A stretch of 50,804 nt of DNA. Source: Clostridiales bacterium. Its GTDB lineage: Bacteria; Bacillota; Clostridia; Lachnospirales; WRAX01. Below are positions 9,609 to 18,416 of the stretch, one piece after another; the first letter of the stretch is position 1, and each line of letters opens with the position of its first letter. The position numbers and the translations under genes are program-made. The notes beneath the pieces are model-generated. The model was not told the DNA's origin and made no database searches. It saw only the letters and a program-made list of their open reading frames with translations. The stretch is taken from positions 1 to 50,804 of the forward strand of contig JAISVU010000175.1 in NCBI GenBank assembly GCA_031271375.1, in the 5' to 3' direction.

Positions 9609-9625
9609 AAAAAACTCTCCTTTAT

Positions 9626-10303
9626 TTACACCATCGGCGAGATATGAATCTGCTCGTCCTTAACAAACGCATACAGGGGCCGGCGGGCATAGATATCGTC
9701 CTTAGCGAAGCTCTTTGGGAAGTAGGTGATTTTATCGCCTATCCTGAGCTGCACGGGAAGGAGGCGCAGGGCGGCGACGAAACAGCCGTCCACGCCGGAA
9801 CAGCCCGCATGGGCCATACCAAGCAGCTTACCTAATACCACCACGTTCCCCTCGGCCACGATTTCAGCCCCGGGGTTTACATCCCCCACTACAACGACGC
9901 TGCCGGGATAGCACACAGACTGGCCCGAGCGCAGGCTTTCAACCTTAAAGACCGTCATGTTTTCGCCGAATGCTTCTATCGTGCGCGCAAGGGGATCCTC
10001 CTCGCCGTCTGCGGCGTCTTCCGTGACCTGTACGCGGCTTTCGCTTAACCCCGCGTTCTGCGCGAATGTGATGTTCAGGTCGGACTCGTTTACGACTATC
10101 TCAAGCAGCTCCTGCTCCTGTTCGTCTGTAAGCTCCCGGCCTTTTAAGGTTATCGCGGTTTTACCGTCACGGAAGAATCCTTTGGCGTCCGCCATTTTAT
10201 CGTGCAGGGCAGCCTTTATCTCTTCAAACGCGGTATCCCTGTCCAACAGAATCACAATGCCGTCCTTCCGGCCTTTAAAAATAACGCTGTTGTTTTTTTT
10301 CAT
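9626..10303 (-). CDS. minC: Septum site-determining protein MinC
   Basis: The C-terminal beta-helix repeat reads GSVVVVGDVNPGAEIVAEGNVVVLGKLLGMAHAG. The gene lies upstream of minD in the cluster. Confidence 0.85.
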   Translation of the reverse strand: MKKNNSVIFKGRKDGIVILLDRDTAFEEIKAALHDKMADAKGFFRDGKTAITLKGRELTDEQEQELLEIVVNESDLNITFAQNAGLSESRVQVTEDAADGEEDPLARTIEAFGENMTVFKVESLRSGQSVCYPGSVVVVGDVNPGAEIVAEGNVVVLGKLLGMAHAGCSGVDGCFVAALRLLPVQLRIGDKITYFPKSFAKDDIYARRPLYAFVKDEQIHISPMV

Positions 10304-10316
10304 CTAAAATCAACTC

Positions 10317-12788
10317 CTAATTCATTACCAGTGTATTGTCTTTCTCCATTTTCTGCGGCTCGGCGTCCAGCCGGAAGTAAATACTAAGCGCGTCCCTGCC
10401 TATAACCGCTGCGGGGGCGGCTACCGTGTATTGGTAGCTGTGGGGCAGCAGGACATATACCGCCACCTCCGGGATGTCATACGGCGCAAAGGCGGCGAAG
10501 GTCGTGTGGTTGGGTACGGCGTCACTTATCTGCGCGGTTCCAGTTTTTCCGCCAACCTCTATCGGGAAGCCGTCGAATACGCCGCGGGCTGTTCCCTTAG
10601 CGCCGGCAGTTACCGCCAGCATCCCTTTCCTTATCGTTTCAAGCGTTACCGCGCTCATCGGCACCGTCTCTTCAATCACGGGTTCAAACTGGTCCACCAA
10701 GACGCCGTCTGCGGACAGCACCTTGTCCAGGAAGTGCATCTGATAACGTTCCCCTCCGGTCGCAAGGGCCGCCGTGTATTTCGCCATCTGGCCGCAGTTC
10801 AGTTCATTGTCGGCCTGGCCTATCGCGGTTCTGATATTGTCGCCGTCGCTCCATATTTCGTTGGCGTTCCGCGTGAAGGGCCTGTAGGCGGGGGACGATA
10901 TGGGCAGAACACCGGCGGAGAGGCTGGATGTATCGTATGCTTCCTCTATTTCCACGCCTGTCAGCGACGCGAGGCCGAAATACTCCATGTACTCGTTCAG
11001 CATCGCTATCCCTTCCAGCATGTTGCCGTCCCTTGTGTTGCCCATTCGATATTCCGTTTCATAAAAGAAATAGTTGCAGGAAACCGCCAGCGCGTCCACC
11101 ACGTTTATAGAACCGTGGTTGCTGGTGCAGCGCGCGTAAGGCAGGCCCGCCTTCGTGAATGTGACCTCGTCGCGTATTCGTGTAGCAGGCGTTATAATAC
11201 CGTTCTCAAGCCCCGTTACCGCCGTAATCATTTTAAACGTGGAACCCACGGCCTGCCTGTCCTGGAAGGGGCGGTTCAGCATCGGGACCGTCGGGTCGTT
11301 CATCAGCTTCAAGTAATAATCATAGTTAAAGGTGTTGACCAGCTCGTTGTTGTCATATGTGGGATATGTCACAGCTGCAAGCACGGCGCCTTCCATATCC
11401 AGCACGACGACGGAGCCCGTGCAGGGCTGGATGTTCGTCATCTGCGGGGTTATCTGCCCTGTTTCAAGCATACGCACAAGGAAGTTCAAAACATTCAGCT
11501 TCCCGCTTTTCATACTCTCCAGCTCGTTCGGTTCGGGAGCGATTATCCCCTGTTCATACATAATCAGGAGCAGCTGGGTCTGCGTAATCTTCCCCATTTC
11601 GACGGACTCGCCTGCGAACTCCATAAGTTTTTTCCAGTAATCCCCGTCTTCCGGGTCCACCTGGCCATGTAACCTGAGGTATTCCTGAACGGGCTTGGAA
11701 AAACTGCCGTCCTCCGCCTCCATAATCGCCTGGAGCGATATATTGTTCGCAGTAAGAATCGATGCAAGCATAGCCCTGGTCGTGACATGATCCTCGGGGT
11801 TAGCGTTACGCCTGTTGGGGTTGGATTTGAGCTTACCAATAAGAATCTCCGCAAGGCGTCGCTCCAGCGCGTGATAAATCTCTATTTGCATGTTTAAATC
11901 CAGCGTTAAAAACACATTGTTTCCGGGGACAGCGGGGTAACTGTTTAAGACGCCCAGCTTCGCGCCCGACGCGTCCGTCTCCGTCTCAATGGCCCCGTTC
12001 TTCCCTGCGAGGCTCAGTTCAAACGCGTGCTCGATCCCCAGCTGCCCCACAATATCGTCTTCGGTGTAGCCGAGGGGCTTCATCTCTTCCAACTGGTTTG
12101 CCGTAATCTTCCTTGTGTAACCGATGATATGCGATACATACGGCCCTCCGGGATACTCCCTCAGGTAGTCCAGGTCTATATAGACGCCGGGATAATCGGC
12201 GGTTCGCTCCTCAACAGCCGCGCAAGCCTCCGCCGAGACATCATGGGCGACGACGACCGGGTTCTTATTAAATCTCTGCAAATGCACGGACTGCCTAAGA
12301 GACAGCACCATCCGCGCTTCCTCGGGGGTAAGCTCCGTCTCCTCCTCGGTTATCTTGAACTTCTTATCCATCAGCTCCGTATACGCCTCGTCCGCCGTAA
12401 TATCCTGATCCAGGCCCATATCGTTCTTCCAGGTCTTTTCCCTGGAAGCGCTGCCGTTAAACTTAAACTCCCTCGGCGCCGTATCCGTTATGGGCAGGGC
12501 GTCAATCATCTCTACGCCGTAGCGGTTCATCAGTCTTACGAACCTAATAAGCATGTCGTTTTTCGCGGTCTCTTTGTTCGCGGTATTGATCTTAATCATC
12601 AATGTACTGCGGTTTACGGCAAGAGGCTGGCCGTTGCGGTCGTAAATCCCGCCCCTGGGCGCGGATATCTCCTGGGTGTTTTTATATATCCTGGCGCTTT
12701 CCTGAAACTCATCCCCGCGGACAATCTGGATATTATAGAGCTTTGTTATCAGCACAAGGAACATCGCCCCAAAAACAACCAGGAGCAT
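10317..12788 (-). CDS. mrdA: Penicillin-binding protein 2 (class B elongation transpeptidase); the true start may be a non-ATG codon near 12842
   Basis: It has an N-terminal TM helix, a dimerisation domain, and the transpeptidase motifs STFK (GSTFKMITA), an S-x-N-type motif (TSNHGS) and KTGT (GGKTGTAQ). It lies between mreD and minC. Confidence 0.9.
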   Translation of the reverse strand: MLLVVFGAMFLVLITKLYNIQIVRGDEFQESARIYKNTQEISAPRGGIYDRNGQPLAVNRSTLMIKINTANKETAKNDMLIRFVRLMNRYGVEMIDALPITDTAPREFKFNGSASREKTWKNDMGLDQDITADEAYTELMDKKFKITEEETELTPEEARMVLSLRQSVHLQRFNKNPVVVAHDVSAEACAAVEERTADYPGVYIDLDYLREYPGGPYVSHIIGYTRKITANQLEEMKPLGYTEDDIVGQLGIEHAFELSLAGKNGAIETETDASGAKLGVLNSYPAVPGNNVFLTLDLNMQIEIYHALERRLAEILIGKLKSNPNRRNANPEDHVTTRAMLASILTANNISLQAIMEAEDGSFSKPVQEYLRLHGQVDPEDGDYWKKLMEFAGESVEMGKITQTQLLLIMYEQGIIAPEPNELESMKSGKLNVLNFLVRMLETGQITPQMTNIQPCTGSVVVLDMEGAVLAAVTYPTYDNNELVNTFNYDYYLKLMNDPTVPMLNRPFQDRQAVGSTFKMITAVTGLENGIITPATRIRDEVTFTKAGLPYARCTSNHGSINVVDALAVSCNYFFYETEYRMGNTRDGNMLEGIAMLNEYMEYFGLASLTGVEIEEAYDTSSLSAGVLPISSPAYRPFTRNANEIWSDGDNIRTAIGQADNELNCGQMAKYTAALATGGERYQMHFLDKVLSADGVLVDQFEPVIEETVPMSAVTLETIRKGMLAVTAGAKGTARGVFDGFPIEVGGKTGTAQISDAVPNHTTFAAFAPYDIPEVAVYVLLPHSYQYTVAAPAAVIGRDALSIYFRLDAEPQKMEKDNTLVMN

Positions 12789-12832
12789 AATAAGCCGGTT
12801 TTCAAGTATTTCTTTTATTTTTCCTATAATAT

Positions 12833-13339
12833 TTAAAATAATTTGCGCCTCCCCCTCTCATAACCCTCAATGCGCTTATTTATCCAGAACATCAGCCGGT
12901 ACACCGGCACCGCAAGGAGCGTGGTATAGATCGTCTCCGGCAGGATAATAATCTTAAAATAGTCCCAGAGCCGGCCCTGCAGCGAGAAATTAACAAAATA
13001 AAAGACGCACTCGTAAGCCATCATAGCGAACAGCGTGAGCGACACCGGAAGAATAAAGTTGTCGGTGAAGAAGTCCTTATAGGGCTTTCCGCAGAAATAC
13101 CCCGTCACAGCGAAGAGAAGCGCGTACAGCCCCAGGTAATCCATAAAAAAAATATCCTGTAAGAGACCCGCGAAAAACCCCAGGATAGCCCCTTCAACGT
13201 CCCCGCGCAGGATTGCGTATGAGATGATAATAAGCACCGAAGTTATCGGCACAACATTTAATATTGCGGCGTGATGTATAAACGTCGTTTGCAGCAAGAA
13301 ATTAATGTACACCACAAGCCCCATCACGACGGCGCGCAT
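12833..13339 (-). CDS. mreD: Rod shape-determining protein MreD
   Basis: It is a 168-aa polytopic membrane protein located between mreC and PBP2. Its start overlaps the mreC stop. Confidence 0.75.
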   Translation of the reverse strand: MRAVVMGLVVYINFLLQTTFIHHAAILNVVPITSVLIIISYAILRGDVEGAILGFFAGLLQDIFFMDYLGLYALLFAVTGYFCGKPYKDFFTDNFILPVSLTLFAMMAYECVFYFVNFSLQGRLWDYFKIIILPETIYTTLLAVPVYRLMFWINKRIEGYERGRRKLF

Positions 13340-14181
13340 TACTCCAAGTCCTCCTCGCCGTACAGCTCCGTTATAACCAGCACCGATTTAACCAGGGAGA
13401 AGTTCATAACAGGCTCGATTACGGCGGATCTCATTCCGCGCACATCGGTCATAACCTCTTTAACGGTGCCTATCAGGATATCCGGGGGATAGATGCTGGA
13501 AATCTGCGAGGTGCGTATTTCATCCCCCACCGCTATGTCAACCCCGGTCGTGTTAAACTCCATCAGGCACAGCCCGTCCAGCATAAGCTCCGGGTCGCCT
13601 TTGACGTTGCCGATATCCTCCGTGCGGGTGACTTTCGCGCTGACGCCGCTGCCGCCGCCGTCGATAATGGATGTCACCCTGGACGAATGGCTCCGCACCT
13701 GGGAAATGAACCCGGCGAGCGCTCCGTCCGCCAAGACAACCATATTATTCTTTATACCGTCTTCCGCGCCTTTGTCAATGATAAAGCGCTTATACCAGTT
13801 CCCCGGGTCATAGGACATGACCATAGCAAACATTGAAGGATAGGCATACATCCGCGTCGTGGCTAAAAGGGCCGCCATCTCGGTATTCTCCTGCTCCAGC
13901 AATTTAACGCGGCTGTTTTCAAATTGCAGCTGGCTTATGCGGTCTCGCAGAAGCTGATTCTCGTCATATAAGTCTGACATGCCGGTAAAAAAGTCGATTC
14001 GGTCGCGTATCCAACCCCCGGCCTTAGATAACCCGGATTGTATCGGCGTCGTGATGAACGAAAGCGCGTTCCCGAATATAGTGGGGTTGGCGCTGCTGAT
14101 ATAGGTAATCGCCATCATAAGAACGCAGATCACAACGATGGCTATAATAAATATCCTTTTATGCCGTTTAAGAAAATCCAA
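13339..14181 (-). CDS. mreC: Rod shape-determining protein MreC (TTG start)
   Basis: It has an N-terminal TM helix, a coiled-coil (LLRDRISQLQFENSRVKLLEQEN) and a C-terminal beta-barrel region with GDEIRTS and PPDILIGTV. A GAGGGT RBS precedes the TTG start. Confidence 0.85.
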   Translation of the reverse strand: MDFLKRHKRIFIIAIVVICVLMMAITYISSANPTIFGNALSFITTPIQSGLSKAGGWIRDRIDFFTGMSDLYDENQLLRDRISQLQFENSRVKLLEQENTEMAALLATTRMYAYPSMFAMVMSYDPGNWYKRFIIDKGAEDGIKNNMVVLADGALAGFISQVRSHSSRVTSIIDGGGSGVSAKVTRTEDIGNVKGDPELMLDGLCLMEFNTTGVDIAVGDEIRTSQISSIYPPDILIGTVKEVMTDVRGMRSAVIEPVMNFSLVKSVLVITELYGEEDLE

Positions 14182-14211
14182 ATCATTACCCTCTAAATAA
14201 CCCGATAACTG

Positions 14212-15237
14212 CTACCGCGACTTGGGCCGCTCCGGATTAACCAGCACGTCCCTGAAGGCGTTGGTATTCTCTATAAATATACCCGTGCCGAGAACAACGG
14301 AGTTCAGGGGCTCTTCCGCGACATAGACAGGCATCCCGGTTTCGATGGAGATCAGCTGATCCAAACCCGCGATAAGCGCTCCGCCGCCGGTGAGCATAAT
14401 ACCGGATTCCATTATATCGGAAGCCAGCTCCGGCGGGGTCTTCTCCAGCGTAAACTTTATAGCGTCGATAATAGCGGTGACGGGCTCCGACACCGCTTCG
14501 GCCACCTGATCCGACGATATGCGTATCGTCTTTGGAAGGCCCGAGGTGAGATCGCGCCCGTGTATCGACATCACCATGTCCGGGTCAGGGTTAAAAACGC
14601 TGCATATGCTGAGTTTTATTGTCTCGGCGGTACGCTCGCCAATCGCGAGGCCGAAGTTCTTCTTAACGTAAGCTATGATATGTTCGTCCAATTCGTCCCC
14701 CGCGACGCGGAGGGACTTGCTGGTAACTATGCCTCCCAGGGATATAACGGCCACCTCGCTGGTTCCGCCGCCGATATCCACCACCATACTGCCCGACGGC
14801 TCCTCCACAGGAAGGCCCGCGCCGATAGCCGCCGCCATAGGCTCCTCGATAAGCCCGGCTTCACGGGCCCCGGCGGAGATCGTAGCTTCTTTTACCGCGC
14901 GCTTTTCGACCTCAGTCACCCCAGAAGGTATGCATACAACGACCCTCGGCTTCCCTACAAACAGCCCGCCTTTGTTGGCGCGCCCGATAAAATAGCGGAG
15001 CATTGCCCTTGTCGTCTCAAAGTCGGCTATTACGCCGTCCTTCATTGGCCTGATAGCCACCACATTACCGGGAGTGCGCCCGATCATCTGCTTCGCGCCG
15101 TCGCCGACCGCCAGTATCTTGCTGTTGGTCATATTATATGCCACGACGGATGGTTCGTTTACCACCACACCCCGGCCCTTGACGTATACCAGCGTATTTG
15201 CCGTCCCCAGATCTATCCCTAAGTCCTTGTTAAACAT
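14212..15237 (-). CDS. mreB: Rod shape-determining actin homologue MreB
   Basis: The product from the internal ATG starts [18 protein letters not shown]. It contains the phosphate-binding motif [19 protein letters not shown] and the motif [11 protein letters not shown]. Confidence 0.95.
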   Translation of the reverse strand: MFNKDLGIDLGTANTLVYVKGRGVVVNEPSVVAYNMTNSKILAVGDGAKQMIGRTPGNVVAIRPMKDGVIADFETTRAMLRYFIGRANKGGLFVGKPRVVVCIPSGVTEVEKRAVKEATISAGAREAGLIEEPMAAAIGAGLPVEEPSGSMVVDIGGGTSEVAVISLGGIVTSKSLRVAGDELDEHIIAYVKKNFGLAIGERTAETIKLSICSVFNPDPDMVMSIHGRDLTSGLPKTIRISSDQVAEAVSEPVTAIIDAIKFTLEKTPPELASDIMESGIMLTGGGALIAGLDQLISIETGMPVYVAEEPLNSVVLGTGIFIENTNAFRDVLVNPERPKSR

Positions 15238-15322
15238 AGGCAGCTCCTTTATTTTATCGTGCGTAGAATATACCAAGAACTATTATATCCTATTTTTACC
15301 CAGAATGATAGAATAATTTTCG

Positions 15323-15601
15323 TTACTCGTCAAATATATCTTGATGTGTGCCTGTTCGAGTTAGCAGCACAACCAGGACATCCTTATATTTCTTATAAAC
15401 CAGCAGCCAGTCCGGGGCGATATGGCACTCCCGGCAGCCTTTATACTTGCCTTTCAGCGGATGGTCGTTGTATTCAGGGGGAAGCCGGGTTCCCTTAGAT
15501 AAAATATCTACAGCCATTTCAAGCAAATTGATATCCTTCCCCTGACGAATAGCCAATCGTAAATCACGCTTATACTTCTTAGCCAGGATTACTTTATACA
15601 T
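15323..15601 (-). CDS. yafQ: Type II toxin, YafQ family (RelE/ParE superfamily mRNA interferase)
   Basis: The product is 92 aa and contains HPLKGKYKGCRECHIAPDWLLVY....VLLTRTGTHQDIF, the YafQ signature. It overlaps the upstream antitoxin by 8 nt. Confidence 0.85.
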   Translation of the reverse strand: MYKVILAKKYKRDLRLAIRQGKDINLLEMAVDILSKGTRLPPEYNDHPLKGKYKGCRECHIAPDWLLVYKKYKDVLVVLLTRTGTHQDIFDE

Positions 15602-15896
15602 AAAAGTCTTCCGGTAAATTCTCCGCTAATGCGGCCTCATGCGCTTCTCTCGCGCTGTTATACGCGACATAATTCCCGCTGGCTATCATTTCGTCGGCTT
15701 CCCTAATGGCTTCTAACGTCTCGTCATTGAACTGCGGTTGTCTCAGCTTAAAGGGCAACCCGTGTACCATCAAGGACTGACGTAAAAACATATTAATGGC
15801 GTCCGTCACCGTTATCCCGAACGAACCGAACAGTTCTTCCGCTCTGGCTTTCGTCTCCGGGTCTATCCTTATATTTAGGCTTGCCGTCTTTGCCAT
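15594..15896 (-). CDS. dinJ: Type II antitoxin, RelB/DinJ family
   Basis: The N-terminal ribbon-helix-helix reads SLNIRIDPETKARAEELFGSFGITVTDAINMFLRQ. The gene is coupled to yafQ. Confidence 0.85.
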   Translation of the reverse strand: MAKTASLNIRIDPETKARAEELFGSFGITVTDAINMFLRQSLMVHGLPFKLRQPQFNDETLEAIREADEMIASGNYVAYNSAREAHEAALAENLPEDFYV

Positions 15897-15948
15897 CTGT
15901 TATCACCTCGGTATTATTATACTACAACGCGGACGCAACGCAATACTT

Positions 15949-16752
15949 TTAAAGCGTAACCCTCTCCGCTTTTATTTCCATTCCCAGCAAATTACCAGCG
16001 ACGCGCTCAAATGTGTCCGTATCGCCGGTTATGTAGAACTCGCGTTTTGGCGGGCCGGGGTTTTCCAGCCCCGCTTCCCGTATCGCGCCTTTTACCTTTG
16101 CGGCCGACGCCACCGCCGGGTCAATGAGCTTAACATTCCCGCCCAGGTATTCGGCAAAAATGTCGGCGTATAACGGAAAGTGCGTACATCCCATCACAAG
16201 GCGCTCTATCCCCGCTTCTTTCATGTCCCGCAGATATTCGGCGCATTTCTGTCGCGCGGCCACGCTGTGGGTAAACCCCTTCTCCGCAAACGTCACCAGG
16301 TCGGGGCAGGGTTTTTGAATTATATTTAAAAACGGATGCCGCTTCAACAGCTCTATCAGATAGCCGCCGCTTCTTACCGTGGCCTCCGTCGCGATAACGC
16401 CGACATTCGCTCCTTCCCTGGGCACCCCTATTACGCATTCCTCCGCCGCGCAGGAAACTATCTCAAACAAAGGGACATTAAAAGCCTCGGCCAGCTCGTA
16501 ATAGCTGCTTACGCATATAGTATTGCAAGCGATGATAACCATCTTCAACGGCTTGGCCGTTAAGTAACGCATTATGTCCATTGAGTACGCCGTGATCGTC
16601 TCTTTTGAATGAACGCCGTAGGGCGCCCGGGCCGTGTCGCCGAAATACACGACGCTCTCGTTAGGCATCTGCTCCATTACGCGGCGGGCCACGGTCAATC
16701 CGCCAACCCCCGAATCGAATATACCGATAGGATATTCGCGGCTGTTTGCCAC
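15949..16752 (-). CDS. murI: Glutamate racemase (GTG start)
   Basis: It has the motifs IGIFDSGVGGLTV, IIACNT and MGCTHFP. A GGAGG RBS lies 7 nt before the GTG start. Confidence 0.9.
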   Translation of the reverse strand: MANSREYPIGIFDSGVGGLTVARRVMEQMPNESVVYFGDTARAPYGVHSKETITAYSMDIMRYLTAKPLKMVIIACNTICVSSYYELAEAFNVPLFEIVSCAAEECVIGVPREGANVGVIATEATVRSGGYLIELLKRHPFLNIIQKPCPDLVTFAEKGFTHSVAARQKCAEYLRDMKEAGIERLVMGCTHFPLYADIFAEYLGGNVKLIDPAVASAAKVKGAIREAGLENPGPPKREFYITGDTDTFERVAGNLLGMEIKAERVTL

Positions 16753-16940
16753 TTTATAACCTCCAGTTTACATGGGATTTACCTGCCCCTATTATATATG
16801 CAGCGGCGGATTTTCTCAAGATTATAAATGAAATTACCGAAATAAGGCATAATATGTATATAAAATTTTTGTAGCATTTTCCCAATTACGTCGTATTTAC
16901 ATATGAACGCGCGTTGATACATTGAAAGAGGAGGTGCGCA

Positions 16941-17495
16941 ATGACTGGCAACATACTGCCCGCTATCCGGGCGGTGGATAATAATATGCTGGAAGCGGCG
17001 GATATCGAAAGCATGTATCTTGCTTACGCCGGGCGGGTTTATAACTTCATGCGCTACAGAGCGCAGGATTCATTCGCCGAGGATTTGACCCAAATGGTAT
17101 TCGAGCGGGCTCTAAGCCGCTATAAGAACTATAACTCCGTTAAGGGTAGCTTAGAAGTATGGATATTCACGATAGCGCGGAATATCTTGTATGACCATTA
17201 CCGCAAGGCGGGGCGGGCGGACTTCACGGAGCTTGAATCCCTCGTTGATCTCGCTTCCCCGGACGCTTCTCCCGATAATGGCCTCCTGGCTGCGGAAGAA
17301 CGCCTCGCCCTTAAAAAAGCCCTGGGAACGCTGAAGAAACGCGAACTGACCGCGGTATCACTGAAATACGCAGGCGGGCTTCGCAATACCGAGGTCGCCG
17401 CGGTGATGGGCATAAGCGAAAAGAACGCAGGGGTCATACTGAGCCGCGCTTTAAAGAAGCTGCGCATAGTAATGGAAAGGAAGATGAAGCAATGA
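16941..17495 (+). CDS. ECF-type RNA polymerase sigma-70 family factor
   Basis: Region 2 reads DLTQMVFERAL....WIFTIARN. Region 4 has the helix-turn-helix LRNTEVAAVMGISEKNAGVILSRALKKLR. A GAGGAGG RBS lies upstream. Confidence 0.85.
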   Translation: MTGNILPAIRAVDNNMLEAADIESMYLAYAGRVYNFMRYRAQDSFAEDLTQMVFERALSRYKNYNSVKGSLEVWIFTIARNILYDHYRKAGRADFTELESLVDLASPDASPDNGLLAAEERLALKKALGTLKKRELTAVSLKYAGGLRNTEVAAVMGISEKNAGVILSRALKKLRIVMERKMKQ

Positions 17496-18250
17496 GTTAT
17501 TTAAGCGAAAATAACATCGAGGATATGCTTGCAAGCCTTAACGCGCCCGACAGTTTCCCCGGCAGGGAAGCCATGTGGAGCAGGATAAAAGCCGGGGCTC
17601 GCGTAAAAGCGCCTGTACCGGGACGCAGGATATTCCGCGCCGGTATTATAGCCGCCGCGCTTGTAATGATAACCTTCGTGACGGCCTTCGCCGACGAGAT
17701 AGCGGAAATCATCAACAGCATCGTCAACGGCAACATATCCGCGACGGCCTATACCGCGCTACAAGACCAAAACAGCGGCAGGGAAATTGGCGGCAGGGTT
17801 ATTATATCTGCGGACGGAGAATGGACGCCTGCCGCCGGCTCGGAGTATGCGGAGCTTGGAACGCTTGAAGACGCCATTAACGCGACTCCCTTCCCACTCA
17901 AAGCCCCGGCTTGCCTTCCGGAAGGCTATTCCCTCTGCTCGGTTAAAGTCGTGCGCGCGCCGGACGGCGCATACGGCAAAGACGCTATGCTTGAATACAG
18001 GGTTTCCGCAGCGGAGCCTTACCTCGGCCAAATAATGATTAACCAGTATTGGGCCGGCGGCGATGCCAGCGTAAGCATCGACGTTGTGGACGGGCAAGGG
18101 ACGCTTGAAGCCGTTACGGTAAACGGCTGCGAAGGGATTTATACGCCTGTAATGGGCCTTCACTGGATTCAGGACGGGGTTTATTGCAGGATATCCTCCG
18201 GTTTCCTTACCCTTGACGAGCTGCTTCTTGTGGCGGAGTCGATGGAGTAA
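17492..18250 (+). CDS. Putative membrane anti-sigma factor (DUF4367-like extracytoplasmic domain)
   Basis: Its start overlaps the sigma gene stop (ATGA). It has a single TM helix, IIAAALVMITFVTAFA, after a short cytoplasmic N-terminus. The assignment rests mainly on context. Confidence 0.55.
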   Translation: MSYLSENNIEDMLASLNAPDSFPGREAMWSRIKAGARVKAPVPGRRIFRAGIIAAALVMITFVTAFADEIAEIINSIVNGNISATAYTALQDQNSGREIGGRVIISADGEWTPAAGSEYAELGTLEDAINATPFPLKAPACLPEGYSLCSVKVVRAPDGAYGKDAMLEYRVSAAEPYLGQIMINQYWAGGDASVSIDVVDGQGTLEAVTVNGCEGIYTPVMGLHWIQDGVYCRISSGFLTLDELLLVAESME

Positions 18251-18269
18251 GCACAGGGGAATTTATGAG

Positions 18270-18299
18270 AGTTCGATGAACAAAACCGTTCATCGAACT
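18270..18299 (+). terminator. Perfect 12-bp hairpin downstream of the anti-sigma gene
   Basis: The hairpin is AGTTCGATGAAC-aaaacc-GTTCATCGAACT, followed by a T/A-rich tract. It lies between convergent genes. Confidence 0.5.
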
Positions 18300-18416
18300 T
18301 TAATTATATATTCGCACATTTTTTCGCAAGTACCGCGAAAAAATATGCTCATAACGTGAAAACTGCTGCGCAATTTCAGCCGCTAAAGCGGCTGGTTCGA
18401 CTTCGTCGAACTCACG

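Noticed and set aside
8469-15222. Long antisense ORFs over minD (8469-9176), PBP2 (10431-11672, 12027-12836), mreC (13493-13813) and mreB (14560-15222)
   Set aside because: Each lies entirely inside a gene with unambiguous family signatures on the opposite strand. The translations are compositionally biased (R/H/P/G-rich) with no recognisable motifs.
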